Below, piece by piece: positions 55,601 through 64,000 of a stretch of DNA of 64,000 nucleotides; position 1 is the first letter of the stretch, and every line of letters begins with the position of its first letter. Below the pieces are notes generated by a model, which was given only the letters and a program-made list of their open reading frames with translations, did not search any database and had not been told where the DNA came from. A program made the translations under genes and the position numbers. Source of the DNA: Azolla caroliniana (lineage: Eukaryota > Plantae > Polypodiophyta); assembly GCA_043228905.1 (NCBI GenBank), contig JBHGNT010000009.1:7750001-7814000 (forward strand). The letters are read 5' to 3'.

Positions 55601-56513
55601 TGTACTCTCTTTCAGTGTTTTGTGCATACGTGCATCTATCTCCACATTCCCATTTCTGTGATTGTAATTCTCAACGAAGTAGTTGAAGAATCGGTTGTGG
55701 CCGAGCATTATTCCGCATATTCTCTATTGTATCTACAACTGAATTCTCTTCAAATTCCCTTTTGTTGTAGATAACTGTTGAATTGGACGGAAAAGTATTC
55801 TTTTCCACCATCTGACCACAGGCACTTGATCTTCCTCTCCATTTCCTGTTCCACAAGACTTTGCAGGTTCCAGAAATAGTCGAAAACTTCACTTTTCCTT
55901 TCGATCAGGTAGATCCATGTGTGTCGGCTATAGTCGTCGATGAAGGAGACGAAATATCAGCTCTCGCCAAGACTAACATTTTGTGTCGGTCTCCATACAT
56001 CTTAACGTATCAAGTCGAGCTTGTTACGACTCTGGTTTCTTTCGGTGGGAAATGGAAGCCGGTGTTGCTTCCAGAGTTGGCATGCTTCCCAAATTTGGGC
56101 CTTCCTGCCACTGAAATTCGACAATCCGAAAACAACCCGTTTCGATTGCAGGCCACTGAATTTCGGCAATCCGAAAAGAACCTAATAGTTGACATGGCCT
56201 CTCCTCTTGTGCCACAAGTTGATACCTGACCCTACTTTCTGTCCTTTTGCGAACAAGGTGGTGCCTACATCGTTGGTGTCGAGGATGAACATCCTCCCGT
56301 CCTGGCGCCCTTGCGCGATGACTTGGCCCTCTTCCTCGATGAAGCACCCGAGGTGTGTATCCCCTAGTCGATGATCTACCCGGCTGACACCAGGTTCTTC
56401 GTGATTGTCAGGATGTGAAGCACGTTCATAAGCTTCCCTTTTTGTCCGACATGACTCAAGGGAACTTCTCCGACATGCACGATCGGGTGAGGAGTGTCAT
56501 CTCCGGTCTCGAC

Positions 56514-56940
56514 TGTCAAGATTCGAACTCTTGACATGACGATGTTATAATCGAGTGTTATGTGTTAACCACACATTTAGCATATAATCATGTATATACT
56601 TCCTCATTGTAGGTTTTAGCTAGCATCTTGTGCATAATTTCTCCCTTGTATTATTTACACTTGGCACATGCATGCGTACCTACTACCTACATGCTCTATT
56701 GTATCACATGTGTGCAACAGGTATGCATGCCACTTAGTATAAATAGTTGAGTTCACCTTGAAGGAATTGAAGGTGAACAACGCCAGTCATGGACATATCA
56801 ATCTAGTATTCTCGTTTCGCCCAATCTTGTCTCCTTAATCTTCATCTCTATCTTTATGCTCTTGTGTTATTCCGTCATCGCTCCATCGTAGCCTCATCAT
56901 CCGTGCTCTGTCTTAGTCCGCGCTTGGTGTGTCCGTGACA
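56514..56940 (+). mobile_element. Solo LTR (427 bp) related to the 47441-52643 chromovirus; TSD TCGAC
   Basis: Starts tgtcaagattcgaactcttgaca and ends tccgtgaca, matching the reverse complement of the 47441/52291 LTR ends. TCGAC at 56509-56513 and 56941-56945. Confidence 0.92.
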
Positions 56941-58068
56941 TCGACTACTCCCGGTTGCTCTGGCTTTTCCAGAAACGAGAACCACTCTTTGTGGCTCGTC
57001 ATGTGGTTGGATGCTCTGGAATCAACGTCCCACACTTCCTCCAATCCAGAAGTGATCTTTCTTCATCGAGTTCGCTTCGTATTTCATCACAAAGGCTGGC
57101 CCTTTTCCGGTCTTACCGGTTCCGGATCCTTCTAATCCTTCTGCGTAGTGCGAGCTTTGCTCGTTCCCTTGTCCGGCCTTACCGGATCCGGATTTATCCA
57201 AATCGGTGCGCTTCTTCCAACACTTGCTTTCCCGGTGGCCATTTTTGCCACATTACCAACATTCCATATCGGCCTTCCCTTGCCGGTTTCTGGCGCCGCT
57301 TTGACTCCCCTTGCTTTTGGAGGGTCTGGAACTTCTATCGGCACCATCTCTGTGCCTCCGATTCTACTCTTGCTAGTCGCTGCTATTGCGTATCGACCCA
57401 CCTCGTCCTCCACACCCACGTGGCTGATCCGCCTCCGAGTACAATATCCGGTTGTCTGATTTAGTGGTCCTCGACCCATTCACGTGGTTTTCTTCGACCA
57501 TTAGCATCGATTGTAGGTCGAAGAAGGATAATGGCTTCTCTCGGGTGCAAATTGCCATCCGGATTGTCATGTACCGTTGTGTTAGACCACCAAGGCAGAT
57601 CTGAACCATCTCGTCTTCGTCCACCGTCACGTTGATGGAACTGAGCGCGTCACAGATCTCCGTTATTTTGGTGGTGTAGTCGATAACCGACATGTCTCTC
57701 TGTCGGATGTTGTTGAGCTCTTGTCGGAGCTGCAACTTCTGGGCCGTTGTGCTTGCCACAAAAATCGTATTCAGATTCTCCCAAGCTTCTTTCGGTGTTT
57801 TTGCATCTTTGATGTAGCCGAGCATCTGGTCATGCACATAGGACATGAGGCAATACAACACTCTGCTCGCTCCTTGCTCCTATGCCGGGAAGTCCTTGTG
57901 TGTCGAATTCAGCGCTGTTACATTTGCTACTTCCACGTAGCACCAATATCCGTGCCCCAGTAGGTACTGGTATATGACCAAGACACATAGTTGCTACATT
58001 CAAGCTTTTCTGTAGGAAGTGAGCTCGCCATGCTTCTGTCCATATCCTTGCTGTTCTTTACCTGTGAT

Positions 58069-61000
58069 TGTCATGATATGGCAAGACTCGAACCCATGAC
58101 CTTATACTACATGGGTCGAGCTCTTGACCATTAGACTATACATTGTAATATATAAAATATTATTTTCATTTATGTTTTATTATAGAAAATTGATGTATAT
58201 TCCAGATTTCTCTAGAACATTCTAGAAACTTCAGGAGTATTCCTTAGAACACTATAAAAGGAGGCACAAGGCATTATTTCGAACCAAATCGGTTCAACGC
58301 CAGTCTTAAGCCTCCTAGCTACTGTACATTTTCTTCACATAATATATATCTTTTCTTATCATCACTCTCTCTCTCTCTCTCTCTCTCCCTCCCTCTCACT
58401 CACTCTTTCCTTCTCTCGAGAGTTCTTCACCTCTCTTAGTACTGATACTTCTTTTAGTACTAATTCCTTCTCTGTCTTAGTACTGTTCCTAACAGTTTGA
58501 ACCGATTTTCCTACCTTCTGTCTCTCTCATTTCCTACTAATCTCTTATTCCTCTTTTCTTTCATCCCATGGCCACTGTTAGCGTTGAAGAATATCAATCT
58601 GTTTTCTTGGAATTTCAATGCTTGAAAGAGAAGTTCCATGCTTTGGAACAAGAAAACCAACGGTTGTTGGGGGATCTTCAGCAAATCTCCTTAGAAAAGT
58701 AGCAAACGCAACAATAGCATGGGGAACTTGTGTTATGCGTGCAACAACTCGAAGCAACCATCGTAGCAATGCAACAACAAGGTCCCGGAACACAAGGGAT
58801 TCATAAAGAACCCAAGATTGGCCTTCCCACGAAGTTCGATGGAACGCGATCGCAGTTTAGAGGGTTCCTTAACCAGGTACGATTAGTTATACAAATGCAT
58901 CCTTCTCGGTATCCCACCGATGCATCACGAGTGGGTTTAGTAGGCACTTTGTTAAGTGGCTCAGCGTTGGCATGGTTCTCTCCACTATTAGAAAAGGAAT
59001 CCCCGTTACTCAACAATTTTGAAGAGTTTCTAGGTGAGTTTAAAGCATGTTTCGGAGATACTGACAGCATCAGGACCGCAATCAACAAAATTCGGCGATT
59101 ATGCCAAGGTGACCGTCCAGCCTCCGCATATGCTGCAGATTTTCGCCTACTCGCCGCTGAAATCCCTTGGGATGATCAAGCGTTGATGGAGCAATTCCGT
59201 TATGGTTTACGCAACGACGTCAAGGATTTACTCTTGACCTTCCCTGAAGAGCCAAAGTCCTTAACAGAAGCAATCAGTCGCGCGGTGAGATGTGACAACT
59301 GCCTCTTTGAGCGACGTTCAGAATGACAACTACAGATGCTGAGGGCAAGATCAGAGCCCACCTACGCCTCAGTGGTAGCAAGACCTTTTCCGAGGGAGTC
59401 ATATAATGCGCCTCCAGCGAATACTCCGACTCCGATGGAGATTGACACTACATGTCGTTGAGGGCCATTATTCGAAGAAGAAAAGCAGCGACGCCGTACA
59501 AATCGACTATGTCTTTACTGTGGTGGACCAGGACATATTGCAATAAATTGCCCCCATAGGCCAAGAAGACAGGTAAACCAAATAGTCGCTAGTTCTAATT
59601 GTACTAAACCCGAGCCTATTTCAGTAGGGATATCTAATAGTCCTAATAGTACTAATAGCCCAGATCTAGCAAACAGATTTGATGTCCTTAGTCAGTTAGA
59701 AGAAGAGTTAAACGACTAAGTGCAGCCAAAATAGGAGCCGTTTGGTTGGACAACCCTAGATCTGTGCAACCCATTAGTGGTTCTATTCCCTCTAAGCAAG
59801 TTAGTGATGTGTTCGTAGCCCACGTAATAGTTAGTACTAAAAGTACCCCTCCAGTACATGTCCTAGCACTCCTAGATTCTGGAGCTAACTCTTGCTTTAT
59901 GGATAAGAAATTTGCTCAAGCTCATAAGATATCCCTAAGAAAACTCCAGTGTCCAGCCTCTGTAGTAGTCATTGATGGACGTCCCATTGCTTCCGGAAAT
60001 ATCATAGAAGAGTCAGAGCCCATTAATATTGTCCTAGATAACTTAGCATGTGTAGTATCATTTAATATTATTAGTATCCCAGAACATCCCATAGTTTTAG
60101 GATTACCGTGGTTCGAGTTACATAACCCAGACATAGATTGGAGAACAAGAGAAATCCGGTGTCGACAAACCCAAGGGTCAACTCAGAAGATGGCAACCAT
60201 TTCGCTACGTCAGTTGCGTAAAAAGGGCACAAGGAGGAAATGTTCCTCTTTGCAATATCAGTAAACCCCTCCAGCACCACTAAAGAAGGATCCACCGTTC
60301 AACTTCCCGAGAAGTATCGTCATTACGCCGATGTGTTCGATAAAGTACAAGCCAACACACTTCCTCATCATCGACCATACGATTGCCCCATCGATTTACA
60401 ACCGGGAAAAGAGCCGCCATGGGGACCGATCTACAATTTGTCACCAACCGAGCTGGAAGTCCTTCGGGCCTATATAGAGGAGAATTTGGAAAATGGTTTC
60501 ATTTGGCATTCGAAATCTCCAGCCAGCGCGGCCATTTTCTTCGTCAAGAAAAAGGATGGATCGCTTCGTCTTGTTGTAGATTACCGTGGCCTGAATAAGG
60601 TTACAATCAGGAATAGGTATGCTCTTCCCCTTATCTCAAGTCTTTTAGAACGGATCAATGGTGCCAGGTTCTTCACGAAGATCGACTTATGGGGAGCATA
60701 TGACCTCGTACGGATCCGACCAGGAGACGAATGGAAGACCGCGTTTCGCACCAGATATGGGCACTTCGAGTATACGGTCATGCCGTTCGGCCTCACTAAT
60801 GCACCGACAGTCTTCCAACACATGGCTAATGATATATTTCGAGATCTATTGGATGATTGTTTGATCATCTATTTGGATGATCTACTGGTTTATTCAAAGA
60901 CCCAAGAAGAACATGATTCTCATGTACTATTAGTACTAAAACGACTTCGAGAACATGGTCTGTATGCAAAGTTGGAAAAATGTAATTTTGGGTGCAACCA

Positions 61001-63704
61001 AGTGGAATTTCTCGGCTACATCATTTCGTCAGAAGGCATCTCCATGGACCCAGCTAAGGTCAAAACGGTGGTAGAATGGCAGACTCCACGTTCGGTGCGG
61101 GATGTGCAATGCTTCCTAGGCTTTGCCAATTTTTACCGGAAGTTCATACAAGATTACTCAAAGATCGTTCTACCTCTCACACAACTTACCAGGAAGGGAC
61201 AACCGTTCATTTGGTCTGAAGAAACGGACGTGGCTTTCGAGAGTCTTAAAAAGGCATTTACATCGGCTCCAATTCTAGCTCATGTCGATCTGGAAAAACC
61301 ATTTATTATCGAAGCTGACACATCAGATTTTGCATTGGGGAGCATTCTGTCACAACAGGGGAATGATGAGAAGCTACATCCCGTGGCTTTTCACTCGCGC
61401 AAGTTTGACGCCGCCGAAATCAACTACGAAATTCATGATAAGGAGCTATTGGCAATAGTGGATTCTTTTATGCAATGGAGGCATTTTCTGGAGGGATCCT
61501 CTCATCCGGTCACTGTATTTAGTGACCACAAGAACCTTGCCTACTTTCAGGATGCTCGTGTGTTGAATCGACGTCAAGCTCGGTGGGCGCACTTCCTCAC
61601 GCGTTTCGACTTCAAAATTACATATCATCCGGGGAAGCACCAAGGGAAGGCCGATGCATTATCACGGCGTTCGTACCTAGCACCCCGTCTCGGCGAGCCA
61701 ACTTTCGATAACCAAAAACAAGTCATCTTGGGACTGGCACGACTACAAGCAACAAAGATCTTTGACATGCCCATGGATTCCCGCGTTATCGATACCATAC
61801 GCGAAGACTTGAAGACAGATGCGTTCGCCCAAGCTATACTAGCACAAATTGATCCCTCTCGAGCGTCGTGTTCACAGTCGCAACCACCAGGTACGGACTA
61901 TCGGCAATTCAAATACCATGATGGATTACTCTTCTTTAAAGAACTTTTGTATGTTCCTAATGGTTCTTGCCACCTTCAATTAGTACAAAACTGTCATGAC
62001 ACATATACAACTGGGCATTTTGGTAGTACTAAAACACTACATTTAGTACAACGATCATTCTGGTGGCCCTGTATGCGACAATTTGTCGAGGATTTTGTTC
62101 GGACTTGTGATACATGCTGCAGAGCAAAAATGCCAAGGCATCATCCATATGGTTTATTAGAACCATTACCAATTCCAAGCAAGCCGTGGCAATCCATTGC
62201 TCTAGACTTCATCACAGATCTTCCAGTCTCTAAGGGGTTCAATGCGATTCTAACGGTGGTCGATCGATATACGAAGATGGCTCATTTCTTGCCATGTACT
62301 AAGGAGATCTCCAGTGAAGACACTGCCGAAATTGTCATGCGTGAAGTATGTCGGCATCATGGACTTCCCGATAGTATCATCAACGACCGTGGACCCTAGT
62401 TCGTGTCAAAATTCTGGAAGCACCTTTTTAACATGCTCAAGGTCACTTGTAACCTCTCCTCCGGCTACCACCCACAAACCGACGGCCAAGCCGAACGAAC
62501 CAATCAAACGCTGGAGCAGTATCTGCGGTGCTTTCTCAGCTATCATCAGGATGACTGGGCAGATATTCTCCACTTCGCCGAATTTGCTTATAACAACTCT
62601 ATCCACGCATCCACGAAAGTTACGCCATTTTATGCTTATATGGGATGTCACCCCCGGTGGTGTGTACTTGAAACCCCAGAGGTGCGCAGAGGATCATTTG
62701 GAGAGGTTACGCAAGATACAAGCGGATTTATCTACTCATCTCCAACAAGCTCAACAAACACACAAGGTTTATGCGGATCGTCATCGACTCCCATCTAGTT
62801 TTAACATTGGAGATTGGGTATGGCTACTCCGACGACACATCAAGACTACTCGCCCATGCGAGAAGTTGGATTATCGGCGATTAGGTCCTTTCCGTATTAT
62901 CGGAAAGATTAATGATGTCGCTTTTCGTTTTGATCTACCTCCACAACTTCGAATACATCCGGTGTTTCATAGTTCTCTCCTCGAACCCTATCAAGAAAGC
63001 ACCATCCCAGGACGTATTACACAACCTCCACCCCCGATCGAGCTTGAAGATGGACCTGAGGACGAGGTTGCCGCCATCCTTGATTCGAAGCTTGTTCGCA
63101 ACAAGCTCTACTATCTAGTTGACTGGCTAGGATATAGTCCCAACGAGCGTACTTGGGAACCGATAGAGAATGTCACCAATGCTCGTGCTCTTCTTGAAGA
63201 CTTCCATCGTCAATATCCAGACAAACCGGGTCCTCAATCCAAAACGACTCGTTACACTCGTCGTTTTAAAGGGGGGATAGTGTCATAATATGGCAAGACT
63301 CGAACCCATGACCTTATACTACATGGGTCGAGCTCTTGACCATTAGACTATACATTGTAATACATAAAATATTATTTTCATTTATGTTTTATTATAGAAA
63401 ATTGATGTATATTCCAGATTTCTCTGGAACATTCTAGAAACTTCAGGAGTATTCCTTAGAACACTATAAAAGGAGGCACAAGGCATTATTTCGAACCAAA
63501 TCGGTTCAACGCCAGTCTTAAGCCTCCTAGCTACTGTACATTTTCTTCACATAATATATATCTTTTCTTATCATCACTCTCTCTCTCTCTCTCTCTCTCT
63601 CCCTCTCACTCACTCTTTCCTTCTCTCGAGAGTTCTTCACCTCTCTTAGTACTAATACTTCTTTTAGTACTAATTCCTTCTCTGTCTTAGTACTGTTCCC
63701 GATA
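58069..63704 (+). mobile_element. Ty3/gypsy chromovirus (Tcn1-like), LTRs 58069-58494 and 63281-63704, TSD GTGAT
   Basis: Matching LTRs; GTGAT at 58064-58068 and 63705-63709. Gag (PTKFDG, CLYCGGPGHIAINC) with stops; protease ALLDSGAN; RT-RH-INT ORF 60240-62399 with HHCC; chromodomain EVAAILDS..YLVDWLGY..TWEP; PPT aaaggggggatag at 63268-63280. Confidence 0.96.
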
Positions 63705-64000
63705 GTGATTAGGGGTTGTCTGTTTCGAGCAGTTGTCGGCAACAGATTTTTCTATTTCTTTATAGATATATATAAGTTTGATCCGTGTAAAAGACATGTC
63801 CGAGGATCGGTTGTAGCCGATCCCACAACATATTCTTCTTATTTCGATGGTTGTAATACCATCCAAGTGGGACAGTCTATATAATGGTCACGAGCACCGG
63901 GAAGTTCATGTACCCCGTAACAATTGGGCTAACGTCTCACCTCAATACTCCTTCGCACCACAATACCTTGATTTGTTTACTCATGAGGGGTAATCGAAGG

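Larger units (their letters stand above)
45324..55728 (+). mobile_element. Full-length Ty1/copia LTR retrotransposon (LTRs 45324-45934 and 55142-55728; TSD GTATC), inactivated
   Basis: Matching LTRs; PBS tggtatcaga (tRNA-iMet type) at 45938; gag with zinc knuckle CFYCGKPGHFQKNY; protease WVVDSRASFH; integrase, RT (KKSLYGLKQAPRQW, YVDDM) and RNase H; PPT gaagggggag before the 3' LTR. GTATC at 45319-45323 and 55729-55733. Many nonsense codons. Confidence 0.95.
44610..58068 (-). mobile_element. Decayed Ty1/copia host element (gag to integrase), split by three later insertions; leader appears to continue after 63704
   Basis: Gag start MASSLPTEKL at about 58031; gag AKTPKEAWENL..LRQEL (57373-57861); protease/GAG-pre-integrase remnants 55734-57100. 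Integrase GI*REFSCRY|TPEQNGVA is continuous across the 45324-55728 insertion. CILVGYS..KGYKYYNP..SREVEFDE at 44593-45162. Confidence 0.85.

Noticed and set aside
58069-58145. Functional tRNA gene
   Set aside because: No acceptor stem and poor anticodon and T-stem pairing; reported only as a tRNA-like module in the LTR.

Overview
Repeat-rich land-plant nuclear DNA. A non-seed vascular plant such as a fern is inferred from Tcn1-like chromoviruses, a VNS-type NAC gene and an RTEX-like LINE. Two intact spliced genes lie on the minus strand: a 15-exon DEAD-box RNA helicase of the DBP3/RH5 type (7695-17028) and a 4-exon VND/NST/SMB-type NAC transcription factor (33527-37856). There are two retrotransposon nests. 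Nest 1 (19.4-32.2 kb): a Ty1/copia remnant interrupted by a 5'-truncated LINE (TSD CCGAGA) that itself carries a solo LTR, then a decayed non-chromovirus Ty3/gypsy with two extra ORFs after pol. Nest 2 (44.6-63.7 kb): a decayed copia containing a full-length copia (TSD GTATC, itself holding a chromovirus with TSD CACTA), a solo LTR (TSD TCGAC) and a second chromovirus (TSD GTGAT). The most notable signals read from the sequence: (i) both chromoviruses have a PBS complementary to their own predicted transcript 5' end (Tf1-like self-priming) with compensatory sequence change between families; (ii) three LTR families carry an antisense tRNA-like A-box/B-box module near the LTR start; (iii) both chromoviruses share a -1 frameshift site plus a predicted pseudoknot at the gag-pol junction. 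All assignments come from manual reading; no database searches were run.
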